A stretch of DNA of 64,000 nucleotides from Nitrosopumilus sp. (GTDB lineage: Archaea > Thermoproteota > Nitrososphaeria > Nitrososphaerales > Nitrosopumilaceae), in the NCBI GenBank assembly GCA_965238275.1, contig OZ250186.1, positions 1,600,001 through 1,664,000 of the forward strand. Reading direction: 5' to 3'. Both the position numbers and the translations under genes were made by a program. The notes beneath the pieces were generated by a model. That model was given only the letters and a program-made list of their open reading frames with translations. It was not told the DNA's origin and ran no database searches. This document shows, piece after piece, positions 43,789 through 54,747 of this stretch. The first letter of the stretch is position 1. The number at the start of each line of letters is the position of its first letter.

Positions 43789-43992
43789 TCAAATAAAATC
43801 GTACATCTGCGCCCCGGATTCCGGTGCCCGCCTGCCTGCCTGCCTGCTACAGTCGCGGCATGCTGTTGCCTCGTGCGCAGATGCGCCCCCTACGCTGCCT
43901 GCCGCGTCCGGCGGCACAGCGCATGCCTGCGGCACGCATCGGTGGCATGCTGCATGCGTAGCAAATATTATTCGGTCTGTCATACCGGTACC

Positions 43993-44685
43993 GTGAAGAA
44001 GACTTTTGCAGTTGATATTGACGGCACCATTACCGAAAACGGCGGGGGCCGGATCCATCTAGACGCACTCGGGGCGCTGCGGCGTCTGAGGGTAATCGGC
44101 CATGACGTAATATTTGTCAGCGGACGCTCGTCTGTAGAAGGGTTTTTGCTTTCGGTGTTTGGCGGCACCACCAACATCGCAGTCGGCGAGAACGGCGGGT
44201 GCATCACACTTGGCCCCGACAAGCACATTCTTCTGGGAGACATTGCACAATGCCAAAAGGCGCTGAACATGATCAAATCATGCATCGACGGCGTGCAGGA
44301 AAAGCCCGTATTTCCAAGACTGACCGAGGTTGTTCTGGAGAGGACCTTTGATTTGGATGATGCGCGGGGAATCCTCTCAGAGAACGGCATTGACGTACGA
44401 CTCTCTGACAGCATGTATGCGTACCATCTCAACTCCCCGGGAATCGACAAGGGATCCGGCTTTAAGAGAGTAATGGCCATGCAGTCGATTGCGCCTGGTG
44501 ACGTGGTTGCAATAGGGGACAGTGCCACTGACATTCCGCTTTTTGAGGTGGCAGGAACAAGCATCGCCCTTGGAAACGCGTCTGATGAGGTGCGGTCCAG
44601 GGCCAGCATGACAGTCTCGGGCAGATCAGGCGACGGCGTAATAGAGGCTCTGGACATACTGGCGCCGGGCCTGTCCGGTGTGTAG
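43993..44685 (+). CDS. phosphoglycolate phosphatase (HAD, archaeal type)
   Basis: AVDIDGT, SGR, ENGG, IGDSATD; GTG start. Confidence 0.85.
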   Translation: MKKTFAVDIDGTITENGGGRIHLDALGALRRLRVIGHDVIFVSGRSSVEGFLLSVFGGTTNIAVGENGGCITLGPDKHILLGDIAQCQKALNMIKSCIDGVQEKPVFPRLTEVVLERTFDLDDARGILSENGIDVRLSDSMYAYHLNSPGIDKGSGFKRVMAMQSIAPGDVVAIGDSATDIPLFEVAGTSIALGNASDEVRSRASMTVSGRSGDGVIEALDILAPGLSGV

Positions 44686-44687
44686 CG

Positions 44688-46643
44688 ATGGCGTTCAAAT
44701 CCATAATTGACGAGGTCCGAAACAATCTTGACGGGATACTGGCCGATCTCTCAATTGATGTCAAGTTTGCAGTCGAGCCTGCCAAGCCCGGATTTGGCGA
44801 CGTCAGCTCAAACATATCGTTCCTGCTTGTGCGCATCCTCAAACAGAGCCCGCAGGAGATTGCAAGGATGCTCTCTGAGCGGTACAATGCACGCACCCAC
44901 CACCACCTGGTGACTGCATCCGTGGCACACCCGTCCGGATACCTCAACTTCCATGCCGACTGGGCCCGGCTCTCCGGCCTCGTACTGTCAGAATCGTACC
45001 GTGAGGAATTCGGCTGCCTTGAGATCGGGGAAGGATCCTCTGTAACAGTCGAGCACACCAGCGTCAATCCCAACAAGGCGCTTCACATAGGGCACATTCG
45101 GAACATAGTGCTGGGCGACACCATATCCAGAATCCTAAAAAAGGCTGGCCATCGCGTTCACGTGCTAAACTATGTGGATGACTCCGGACTGCAGGTGGCA
45201 GACGTGATAGTCGGGTTTCGGCATCTCGGGTTCAGCCTGGAGCCGCCTGCGGGCAAAAAGTTTGATCACTACTGCGGCGGCGACGTCTATGTCAAGACCA
45301 CCCAAAGATACTCCGAAGAGCCTGCCCTTGAGGAGGTACGGCAGAACACCCTGCGGGATCTTGAGGACGGCGCCTCTGACACTGCAAGGTTTGCCGACGA
45401 GATCACCGGTCGTGTCCTGAGGGACCAGCTGAGCACGTGCTGGAACCTTGGAGTCTACTATGACTGCCTGAATTTTGAATCCCACATCATCCGTTCGGGC
45501 CTCTGGGGACGGGTGTTTGAAAAACTCAAAGAGATGTCCCTCATAGAGTTTGAGGACTCTGGAAAGAATGCCGGATGCTGGGTCATTCGCGGCGACGGCA
45601 GTAGCAGCAGCGAGAACGACAAGGTGATAGTCCGAAGTAATGGAACCGCCACCTACGTGGCAAAGGACATACCGTACGCTGCATGGAAGCTCGGACTGCT
45701 TGAGGATCCGTTCTCCTATGAGGAGTATGAGGGCGGGCCGCAGCAGCAGCAGCCGCCGCCTGCCGTACCTGAGACTATTCCTGCAAGTGCGGCGGCAGGC
45801 AGCCATCCCCGTACCCTGTGGAGGACCAGGCTGGACGGTGACGGCGCCGGGCAGTCCCGCTTTGCAGCCGGGAGGGTCATTACGGTGATTGATTCGAGGC
45901 AGGCAGGCCTGCAGAGGATAATCTCAACCCTGATGGGGAGGTTCAAGTCTGCCCCTGACGCATACGTGCATCTTGGATACGAGTCAGTAACGCTGAGCCC
46001 AGAGACTGCAAGGCTTTTGGGCCTTGACACTGACGGGCGGCAGGCGCAGATGTCCGGACGGAAGGGGCTGTACATAAGCGCCGATGCAGTATATGAGAAG
46101 ATCAGGGAGAGGGTAGTATACGAGACCAAAAGGAGGAATCCTGACATGGACGGGGCCCAAGTTGGCAGCATTGCGCATGCCATCTCCGTGGGAACCATAC
46201 GCTATGAGATGCTAAAACAGGACTTGGACAGGATCATCGCATTTGATCTTACAAAGTCCCTCAGCATGGAGGGCGATACTGCTTCATACATCCAGTATGC
46301 CGGGGCAAGGGCGGCCCGAATTCTGGAGAGGGCCGGCAGGGATGCAAGCCTGGAGGTGGACTTTGGACTGCTCCAGGAGAGATCAGAGCTTGACCTGATC
46401 CAAACTATCGGCATGTTTGACCTGTATGTCGGCGATGCTGCAAGGAATCTTGCCCCCAAGGTCATTGCGCGATACTGCCATGACCTGGCAGTCAGGTTCA
46501 ACTCGTTTTACGAAAAGCTGAAGGTTCTTGATCTGGGGGACAGGCCCCTTGAGGATGCGCGCCTCTGCATGGTACACTCCTTCAGGCTCACACTGGAAAA
46601 GGCGCTTGATCTGCTTGGCATTGATGCGCCTGACAGAATGTGA
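44688..46643 (+). CDS. argS: arginyl-tRNA synthetase
   Basis: EHTSVNPNKALHIGH, MSGRKG, YIQYA. Confidence 0.95.
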   Translation: MAFKSIIDEVRNNLDGILADLSIDVKFAVEPAKPGFGDVSSNISFLLVRILKQSPQEIARMLSERYNARTHHHLVTASVAHPSGYLNFHADWARLSGLVLSESYREEFGCLEIGEGSSVTVEHTSVNPNKALHIGHIRNIVLGDTISRILKKAGHRVHVLNYVDDSGLQVADVIVGFRHLGFSLEPPAGKKFDHYCGGDVYVKTTQRYSEEPALEEVRQNTLRDLEDGASDTARFADEITGRVLRDQLSTCWNLGVYYDCLNFESHIIRSGLWGRVFEKLKEMSLIEFEDSGKNAGCWVIRGDGSSSSENDKVIVRSNGTATYVAKDIPYAAWKLGLLEDPFSYEEYEGGPQQQQPPPAVPETIPASAAAGSHPRTLWRTRLDGDGAGQSRFAAGRVITVIDSRQAGLQRIISTLMGRFKSAPDAYVHLGYESVTLSPETARLLGLDTDGRQAQMSGRKGLYISADAVYEKIRERVVYETKRRNPDMDGAQVGSIAHAISVGTIRYEMLKQDLDRIIAFDLTKSLSMEGDTASYIQYAGARAARILERAGRDASLEVDFGLLQERSELDLIQTIGMFDLYVGDAARNLAPKVIARYCHDLAVRFNSFYEKLKVLDLGDRPLEDARLCMVHSFRLTLEKALDLLGIDAPDRM

Positions 46644-47485
46644 TGGAACTATTCTGGAGATACCTCCCGGGCAGAACCTGTCCGTACCAATTCCCTAGGC
46701 CGCGTCCTGAATCCAGGCGGTTCTCTCATTCAGTTTCTTCCTCCTCATATTCAGATATTAGATAAACATCGTCATCATTAGGATCTGTCTCTAAATGCAC
46801 CATTTTTCTACAGTGAAAACACACGGAATCATGATGTTTTATTCCTTTTTCGTCAGAAGATGATTCAAACAGCTTGTCCTCCTCGATTACCAACACCTCG
46901 TGTTCTGCCATCGCACATCTCATTACATCTAGTGTGGGAAGTTCAAGATCCTTGGGATGTTCCTTTTCTTTTTTAATTTTTATCATTGCTTCATTCAATA
47001 ATGTTTGTAAAAACACAGACATTTCAGCAGATTCCTTTCTGTATTCCGGATGTTCTTTTGTTGCAAGCAGATGATCGATTCTTCTCTCAACATATTTTTT
47101 AAATCCAAAAAAATGCAGAATTAAAAGTTTTAGCGTTGGGAAAAAGTTGTATCTCAACACTTTCATTGCAAAGCCTGTAGAGCCCGTCGAAGTAAGAGGT
47201 CGCCTTTGCGAAGCGATTCCATGCCTGATTTGCCCCGATTAATTACCAACCGAGCTACGTTTTCGGCAGTAAATGCCCATTTAATTGGCATTATTCTGGG
47301 TTTTTTCCGGGCGGGGAGGAGGGTCCGGCCAAGCTACGTTTTGGCCGATCCGGTGATCGGGTTTGCGAAGTGGCCTTTTTTGGCGCGGCCGGGGCGGTGA
47401 GTTGTGTCGGGTTCAGGCGAGGTTATGCCAGGCTGCCGGCGCGACGGGTCTGCATGGGGCAGTCAGGGAGTGGATTTTGCAGGAT

Positions 47486-49273
47486 TTATGCGGTTGCCGC
47501 CGCCGCTGCTGCTCCTGCCGGAATTTTTTCGACGAGGCCGTGCATATAGTCGACCAAAAAGTCGTGCGGGTTGACTCCGCGCCTCCTGCACGTCTCGCGG
47601 ACGGTGGCCAGGACGGCGTGGTTGTATGCGCCGGCAAGGCTCTTGCTGCCGCCTGAGACCTTCCGGGATGCGACGCTGGGCCGCAGGGGACGCTCGGCAT
47701 CGTTGTTATGGCACTTTGTGTTGAGGCGGATGAATGGGAACAGGTGGGTGATCTCGCGCCGCAGCCGCTTGACAAACCTCTTGCAGTGGGCGTCTGTGTA
47801 GCTGCCCGAGATCAGGCGCCTCACCCGGGCCTGGAGGTTGCGCACCTTGAGGTTTCGCGCGGCCTTGTCGTCGTCCGGGTCAAGCCCCTTGTCCGGGTAC
47901 CATGAATCGATGATTATCCCCTTCAGGGCCTTGGCAAACTTTTTGAATTCGGGTCCGGGGGATTTCATGGTCAGGGTGCGGAGGATCTCGCGGAGGTAGT
48001 GGTAGTGGCACTTTTGGTGGGTCTTGCCGATGCGGTTCCACGGGGCGTGGGAGTCGGAGGTGACGTGGCCGCCGTACCCTCCAAGCAGCGACACCAGGAC
48101 GTCGCCTCCCCGGCTCTTGTCCACGTGAAAGACAGTCGAGTCGTCACCGACCAGCACCCACAGCCAGTACAGTATCCCGGCTATCTTCCAGCTCGTCTCG
48201 TCGCCAAAGACATGCTCTGAGAAGAATATCTCCCCGAGCATCTCCTCGTAGAGCGGGTGGAGGGATCCCGTAACGGCGTCCACGTGGCTGATGACTGTCG
48301 ACTTGGCAAGGCCTGCGTGGTGGATTATGTTGATCAGACTGCAGATGATGCCGTAGGGGATGCCGTACATCCTCATGGTAGTCTCCAAGCACGTCAGGCT
48401 GGCACCGAACCGCCCCCCCGGGACGACCCCGGGGATCTCGGGGACAAACTGCCTGCCGCATTCCCTGCAGTACCTGCGGACGACTGTATATTGGATGGCA
48501 GTCAGTTTCCCGTCGATGATCTCCTCGACTACCCGGAAGGTCACCTCGGTGGGCCCCGTCGAGAGGGCGTGGCCGTGCGGGCAGGAGTGCAGGTCGACCA
48601 GCCTCTTTTCAGATATCGGGGGAGGATCCCGGCCGGTGCGCAGGCAGACGACCTTCCTGAACGGGTCCGGCGCAGGCCCGGGCGACTCCCGGAGCCGCCT
48701 CTTGGAGCGGCGGCTTTTGATGCCCAGGTTCTCTGCTGCCAGCGCCGAGTTGGCCGCGCGCGCCTCCCTTAGCTGCGAGGCATGCTCGGCTGCCTGCCGT
48801 TCCAGGCGGGCTATCCTGTCCATGACTGCCTGCGAGACATCGCATCCCTGCAGGAGGGCGGCGTTTTCTGCCCTCAGCTTCTCTACCTCTGCACTCAAAT
48901 TCTCCACATCTGTTCCCAGATTCTCTATCTCGGAGTCCTTTTGTTCTATCTCGGAGTCCTTTTGTTCTATCTCGGAGTCCTTTTGTTCTATCTCGGAGTC
49001 CTTTTGCACGTTCTCTTCTTCCAACAGTTTGATCCTGGTATCCATCTCCGTCAGCATCGCGCGTTCCCCTGAGAAGGCCTCTGCCTCCTCCCTCAACTGC
49101 TCGATGTTTTTCCTCAGCGCCACGCTCTCCTCGTCCCGGGATTTGAGCATGGCAAGGACGGATTCGAAGATGGACTTGGTGTCGGTTACGGAGTTCCAGT
49201 CAATCTTTTCCAAGTCGATTACAGGCACCATGCCACAACACTGGGAGGCATGATCCATAAAGCTTTTGGACAC
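47486..49273 (-). CDS. IS66 transposase (TnpC-like)
   Basis: Coiled coil, CPH/CREC zinc ribbon, GDETSW, VTSD, HQKC..H..RE, NNDAERPLR. Confidence 0.9.
   Translation of the reverse strand: MSKSFMDHASQCCGMVPVIDLEKIDWNSVTDTKSIFESVLAMLKSRDEESVALRKNIEQLREEAEAFSGERAMLTEMDTRIKLLEEENVQKDSEIEQKDSEIEQKDSEIEQKDSEIENLGTDVENLSAEVEKLRAENAALLQGCDVSQAVMDRIARLERQAAEHASQLREARAANSALAAENLGIKSRRSKRRLRESPGPAPDPFRKVVCLRTGRDPPPISEKRLVDLHSCPHGHALSTGPTEVTFRVVEEIIDGKLTAIQYTVVRRYCRECGRQFVPEIPGVVPGGRFGASLTCLETTMRMYGIPYGIICSLINIIHHAGLAKSTVISHVDAVTGSLHPLYEEMLGEIFFSEHVFGDETSWKIAGILYWLWVLVGDDSTVFHVDKSRGGDVLVSLLGGYGGHVTSDSHAPWNRIGKTHQKCHYHYLREILRTLTMKSPGPEFKKFAKALKGIIIDSWYPDKGLDPDDDKAARNLKVRNLQARVRRLISGSYTDAHCKRFVKRLRREITHLFPFIRLNTKCHNNDAERPLRPSVASRKVSGGSKSLAGAYNHAVLATVRETCRRRGVNPHDFLVDYMHGLVEKIPAGAAAAAATA
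48924..49006 (-). repeat. 4 tandem copies of 21 bp encoding heptad QKDSEIE
   Basis: tctatctcggagtccttttgt x4. Confidence 0.92.
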
Positions 49274-49798
49274 GCAGCGTCTGCCGGGAAATGCGGCGCA
49301 AAAGATCCGGCAGGTGAGCCTTGATTTGAAAACTGTCCTGCCTGCGGACCGTACTGATAACGTGCAATTAAATCGGGTATTTATGGTCGAAAACGTAGCT
49401 CAGTTGGTAATTAATCGGGGCAAATCAGGCACGGAATCGCTTCGCAAAGGCGACCTCTTACCCGTCGAAGTGTATTTTTTTAGCCAATCTGCAATTTCCT
49501 TAATTAATTCTTCAATATCTTCTTGGTCGGTGCCTTTCGTAGATGCTATTTTCTGGGTAAATCTAACTGCATCAACTGGAACAGCCAAGTAATGATTATT
49601 TCTATACAGGTAAAGAAAAGCACAAAGCCCGTTCTTTTATTCCCATCATGAAATATGTGCCATCGGGTTATTGCCTCCATCAATACCGCAGCTTTTTCAT
49701 AAATATCCGAATATTGCTCCTCTGATCCATATAGCGCCCTAGACTGTTTTTCCAGCGCAGCGCGTATTAGGCCTTCCTGGGATATGCCTCTCAACATT

Positions 49799-51282
49799 AG
49801 AAAATATGCGTAATCCAGAACTTTTTCAAACTCCGCGTTGACATGTTAGCCCTGCTGTCAAAAATTTATGATCCATTCAATTAAAACCAAAATATGCCGG
49901 TTCATACTGTTGTCGAATCAGAAAACAAGTGACCTGCAAAAAGAGAACAAGGCTCTCAGAGACATGATCAAGCGCCAGGACGCAGCTGCCAGGCACGAGC
50001 AAAGCCTGTGGCGCACACGGGACGGCTCCGAGTCCGGAGCCGCAGGAGAGCCCGCCCTGCTGCATCGCGTGGAGGTCCTTGATGAGATCATCAGAGTCGG
50101 GAAAAATCTTCATGACGCGACGCTGAAGTGCAGGGAACAGTTCCAATACATGCTTGACAGGGCCGAGGCGTGGATAAGGCAAAGCGGCAAATCCCCGCTC
50201 TTCAGGAGTGACGAGACGAGGGCGTCGGATCCCGGGAACCGCTGCAAGCTGTACCCAAGGCACGCGCTGCTCATGGCGCTGATGTACAAAAAGGGCAACC
50301 CCACGCAGGGCGTGCTTGCGGCATTCTTTGGAATAGACCAGGCGACCGTGTCCCGGTATATCGATGTGCTAGACGGGGTGCTTGAGGCGGTGCTGCCCAC
50401 CGCTACCAACATCTCAAAGGAGATAGCAGGCACGGAGACAAAAGAGGATCTCAAAAAAATAATTTCCGGGCCTGACGGGGGCATCATGATGATCGACGGC
50501 ACGCACTGTCCGCTGCAGCGGCCAGACGAAAAACAGATGAGGAGCATGATGTATTCTGGCAAGAAGAAGAAATTCACGCTCAACACCACCGTGTGCATAA
50601 ATGAAAACGGGGTGATAGTCGCCATATCCGGCAGCACCGTGGGATCCGTCCACGACATCACGCTGCTCAGGGAGAGCCCGCTGCCATTTGGAAGATGGTG
50701 GGACAGGATGTGCGACGAGGACACCCCCGAAGAGGACAGGATCCACACCCTTACTGACCGCGGCTACAAGGGAATCGCAAAGGATCTGCCCGGCACAAAC
50801 ACCCTGCAGCCGCACAAGAAGACCAAGAACCACAAGCGCTTTACAAAGGAGGAAAAGGAGCACAACCACGCCGTCAACTCGGCCAGGGTAAAGGTGGAGC
50901 ACTCCATCGGCAGGCTGAAGCGGTACGGCCGGCTTACCGCGCCATACAAAGGAAAGATTGGCGACTTTAACAGGGAATTTAACATAATAACCGGACTCGT
51001 AAACCTGGACCTCCTGTGGAACCAGATGAAGAAAGGACCTCCTTCAGGTAGCACGCTGGGGCCGGTAATAAACTGGGAAGAGGCAAACGTCCCCGGCAGC
51101 GCCGTTTCAAACAATTAATTCCGTGCACATCGTGGTGCTGCAAGGTTGCGCACGTTATTTTGTATTTCTGGCAGGACGGGTTTCCACACGCTTGACATGA
51201 CGGGAATTAAATCAGAATTTTTAATATTTTCTGGGTTTTTCTGGTTTAACCCAACGAAATGGAGGGATTACGCATGGCTTCT
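49799..51282 (+). mobile_element. IS5-family (ISL2-like) insertion sequence
   Basis: TIR agaa(aat/gcc)atgcgtaatcc; 3-bp TSD att (49796-49798, 51283-51285). Confidence 0.82.
49868..51118 (+). CDS. transposase, HTH_Tnp_4 + DDE_Tnp_4
   Basis: FGIDQATVSR, IDGT, YSGKKK, GSVHD, DRGYKG, RVKVEHSIGRLK; related to 1364-2569. Confidence 0.9.
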   Translation: MIHSIKTKICRFILLSNQKTSDLQKENKALRDMIKRQDAAARHEQSLWRTRDGSESGAAGEPALLHRVEVLDEIIRVGKNLHDATLKCREQFQYMLDRAEAWIRQSGKSPLFRSDETRASDPGNRCKLYPRHALLMALMYKKGNPTQGVLAAFFGIDQATVSRYIDVLDGVLEAVLPTATNISKEIAGTETKEDLKKIISGPDGGIMMIDGTHCPLQRPDEKQMRSMMYSGKKKKFTLNTTVCINENGVIVAISGSTVGSVHDITLLRESPLPFGRWWDRMCDEDTPEEDRIHTLTDRGYKGIAKDLPGTNTLQPHKKTKNHKRFTKEEKEHNHAVNSARVKVEHSIGRLKRYGRLTAPYKGKIGDFNREFNIITGLVNLDLLWNQMKKGPPSGSTLGPVINWEEANVPGSAVSNN

Positions 51283-51651
51283 ATTAAAGGAAACTTTTTT
51301 TCAAGCTCAATATGGATGAGTTTGATGTCTTCATCACTTAAATTATTCATTAATGTTCATCTAATATCTCAAAAACAGTTTTGTTTTTGTCAATGGTCCT
51401 ACTTATCAGTCGTTCCAACTCCTCTCTTTTTATTCCACTGCCTTTCTTTTTTCGGGTCATTGCATGCTTTACCTATGCATAGTCGTGGCCATAGCAATCC
51501 GGACACTTTTAGCAAAAACCCCATCATTTACCACAATTAAATCCCACATTATGCAGGTTTCATGCAATGCCAGAAAAATACGCCAGAATACACGTGGGCG
51601 ACCGTGCAAGTCGCGTCATCGGTGCTGCGCCTGTAAATGTCTGACTATGCC

Positions 51652-52642
51652 CTAGGATGCTTGCGCATCCAGGCTGTCAATGAACAGGTTCCAAGAGACA
51701 AGCGGATCATCCTTTTTGGGCAGCAGGTAGTCCATCAGCTTGACCGGCCTTGCCTCGCCTCGTTTGACCATTGTCGTGATCGTCTCCTTTAGATCATCCA
51801 CGGAATCAAGCATCATGCCGGCAACCCGTTTTTTGATCTCCCTGATCTGGATTTCAGTCGGGTTCAGCTGGGGCGTGTAGGGTGGCAGAAATATCAGTTC
51901 CAAGCCCAAACGCGGATCCTTGTTGACTGATTCGACATGATTCATGACTGTCTTTGATTTGTGGTACGAGGCGTTATCCAGGATCATGACAATTTTTGGG
52001 TATTCCCCCTGGAGTTCCTTCAGGGTCTCCACAAACGTATCGGAGTTTGTGGCATCGGCAGTCCACACGTGCAGCCCTCCCTCCCTTACGGCACAGAACA
52101 TCTTGGCTCCCTTTTTTGAGAAATTGGTTGGAAGCGTGTCCCCTCCGTTGGTGGTCCGCCATGCGTAGCCGTTGTTCGAATACATCTGGACGGTTCCCTC
52201 GTCCCACGTAAATGCGACGTATCCCTTCTTCTCCGTGCGTAAATTTTTGTTCAAGCTTTTCATTATATGAGGATGAGTTTGATGTCTTCATCACTTCAGC
52301 TCCAGTATGGTATTCCATTCGCCGGCCCCCAGTCCGTGTTTGTCAGGTTTCTCTGCCAGCCATTTGCTTAGGTTCTTGAGGCATGCGTTGTCCAGTATCT
52401 TGTCGAACCTGCCTTTTGGTCCGCGCTTGTGCATCCTGAGCACAGTCATATACGGTGCTGCGCGGAACATACAGTTCTGCTGCTATCTTTCGAATGCTCA
52501 TGCCCCTTTTTCTCAGACAGGCAGCCATCATCCTGATTTTAGCCACCCCCTTTACCCTTCTGGCAATTTTGGCTATGGTCCTACTTATCAGTCGTTCCAA
52601 CTCCTCTCTTTTTATTCCACTGCCTTTCTTTTTTCGGGTCAT
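51652..52642 (-). mobile_element. IS630-family transposase, split/degraded (HTH part 52343-52642, DDE part 51652-52263)
   Basis: SIRKIAAELYVPRSTVY HTH; WDEG, LDNASYH, LPPYTPQLNPTE; ends not resolved. Confidence 0.8.
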
Positions 52643-52791
52643 TGCATGCTTTACCTATGCATGATACATATTCTTGGTTAAAAACTATTTGGTTTTGTGA
52701 CCTGTTTCTATTACACAGGAATTGGTCCGGTTCCCGCTAGAATAGGAACGATCAGTATTGCACGCTTTTTAGATGTGCCGGGGGGAACAGC

Positions 52792-53000
52792 ATGGCTGCT
52801 GACAAGAAGACCAGGTGGAGCACAAACGAGAAGATCCGCATCGTGCTATACGCATTCAACCCGAAGACCAAGGTTGCAGAACTGTGCCGCGAGCACAACC
52901 TGTCCCCAAGAGCAGCGTATGCGTGGAAGGAAAAATTCCTAGAGGGCGGCAAGGATGCCGTGGCAAGATCCGGCACAAACCGTAGATTCATATCTAAAAT
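52792..53000 (+). pseudogene. IS3-like OrfA helix-turn-helix fragment
   Basis: WSTNEKIRIV...VAELCREHNLS...YAWKEKFLEGG; no catalytic ORF follows. Confidence 0.7.
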
Positions 53001-53015
53001 TTTCTGCCCCACATT

Positions 53016-53804
53016 GTGGACAAGATAAGGCAGGGCACCCCGGTACTATTCTACTTTAACCACTCCAAGAAGTGGCTTGTCAAGATATCCAAAAAAGAAT
53101 CCCTTCACACCCACATCGGGGTGATAAAACACGCCGATGCAATCGGAAAGGAGTTCGGATCCCGCGTCACTACAAACAAGGACAAGTATGTCTACCTGAT
53201 AAAGCCCACCACATACGACTATGTCATGAAGATCCAGCACGGGACCCAGATAGTATACCCCAAGGATCTAGGCTACATCGTGGCCCGGGCAGGCATACAG
53301 AGCGGCCAGAAGATACTGGAGATCGGTACAGGCAGCGGCGCCCTTACCTCCTTTATTGCAAGCATTGTAAAGTCATACGGGCACGTACACACCTTTGATG
53401 TAAACGAGGACTTTATCAAAATAGCAGCAAAGAACATCCAAAAGGCCGGCGTCTCAAAGTATGTCACGCAGTACAACATGGATCTCAAGACTGCAAAGGA
53501 GGTGCCCCCCCTGCCAGAGATGGATGTTGCGCTGATTGATTTGGGGGACCCCTGGGAGGTGATCCCGCAGGTGCGGCAGATGCTCAAGGGGAGCGGCGCA
53601 GTATTTGCCATATGCCCCACGATGAACCAGCTGGAACGGCTCACCGCATCCCTGGTCCAAAACGAGTTTACCGACATAGAATCCACCGAGCACATAATCC
53701 GGACCATCGAGGCAAGGGAGGGAAAGACAAGGCACTCGTTCCAGGGAATAGGCCACACTACATACCTGTGCTTTGCGCGCAAGGCCTTCTTTGAGAGGGG
53801 GTAA
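53016..53804 (+). CDS. trmI: tRNA (adenine-N1)-methyltransferase
   Basis: TQIVYPKD, EIGTGSGAL, DLGDPW, HTTYL. Confidence 0.93.
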   Translation: MDKIRQGTPVLFYFNHSKKWLVKISKKESLHTHIGVIKHADAIGKEFGSRVTTNKDKYVYLIKPTTYDYVMKIQHGTQIVYPKDLGYIVARAGIQSGQKILEIGTGSGALTSFIASIVKSYGHVHTFDVNEDFIKIAAKNIQKAGVSKYVTQYNMDLKTAKEVPPLPEMDVALIDLGDPWEVIPQVRQMLKGSGAVFAICPTMNQLERLTASLVQNEFTDIESTEHIIRTIEAREGKTRHSFQGIGHTTYLCFARKAFFERG

Positions 53805-53818
53805 CGCGCCGGCCAAGA

Positions 53819-54700
53819 GGTTCTCCTGCATCATCGGTTGGTGACGCAAAATCAGGATCTTCTCCAGACTCACTGGTCTGGCATGCGCACCATTGTGTCA
53901 TCACCGGAAATGACAAACTTTAGTTTGTCGGGATTGCCAAGCATTTCAAGTATCGGTTTTGGTATGTATCTGTAGTTTGTCAGACGCTTCTCGTTTTTGA
54001 TCACAGAGACGGTAAATTCCTTGGCGTCTTTGGCCCACTGGGCCATGAATTTTTTTAGCTGCCTGTTATTTAAGACTGGCAGAAAGATCTATGTAATAAT
54101 GCCAATTGGTTTATTTGTGAACAGGGCAAAACGCGCCAAAACGGCGGCAAGGCAGGGACAGGTAGTCAGCGACGACCCAAAGCAGGTTCATACTGTCCCA
54201 TGACGTGTCTGAGACAAAACTCAACTACAGACCCGCCCCCCTGTTTGCAGCCGCAATGAATCTGGCCGGAACCGCCCCGTGGGTGCTGGTAACAGACGAC
54301 CTGCAGGCGTTTTGTCCTGCCGCCCGCAGGGCGTTTTGGAGATGCAACGGCTTCAGGCTGATCCACGTCCGGGAGATTCACCCGAAGAACCACTTCAGTC
54401 ATAACAACAAGCACGAGAGGCTTAACGGCGAATTCAAGGATTGCATCAAGACCGCCCGCGAGTTCGGGACAGAAAGTCCCGCAGCAGCGGTAGCGACACA
54501 TGAGCCTAGACTGGCCTTGGCGTGATGGATGTCCCATCAATGCATGTCATGGCGATGACTGGGATTATCCATCACAACTGGCAGGAGATCTCTAGAGGAA
54601 TTATGATTTAATGGGGATTGGCATAACGGTGTGCAAAACAGGCAAGTAAATCTGGAGAAGATTCTGATTTTGTGTCACCAGCCGATGATGCAGGAGAACC
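53819..54700. mobile_element. IS6-family non-autonomous remnant
   Basis: About 50-bp imperfect TIR ggttctcctgcatcatcgg...; flanks cggccaaga / cggtcaaga; DDE fragment VTDD...NNKHERLNGEFKD at 54205-54525. Confidence 0.78.
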
Positions 54701-54747
54701 CGGTCAAGACAAGACTTATTCAATCATCGCACCCATGTCACACCGTA

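Larger units (their letters stand above)
47192..49461 (-). mobile_element. IS66-family single-ORF element (ISBst12-like) with about 96-bp TIRs
   Basis: Ends GTAAGAGG...CCTCTTAC; inverted match 47192-47287 vs 49365-49461; 8-bp TSD ccgtcgaa. Confidence 0.92.
46726..51350 (-). pseudogene. Doc/Fic-family toxin with long C-terminal extension, split by IS5 and IS66 and frameshifted
   Basis: Pieces 51350-51283, 49798-49462 and 47191-46726 rejoin in frame across the TSDs; motif HIFHDGNKRTG; frameshift near 49615. Confidence 0.8.
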
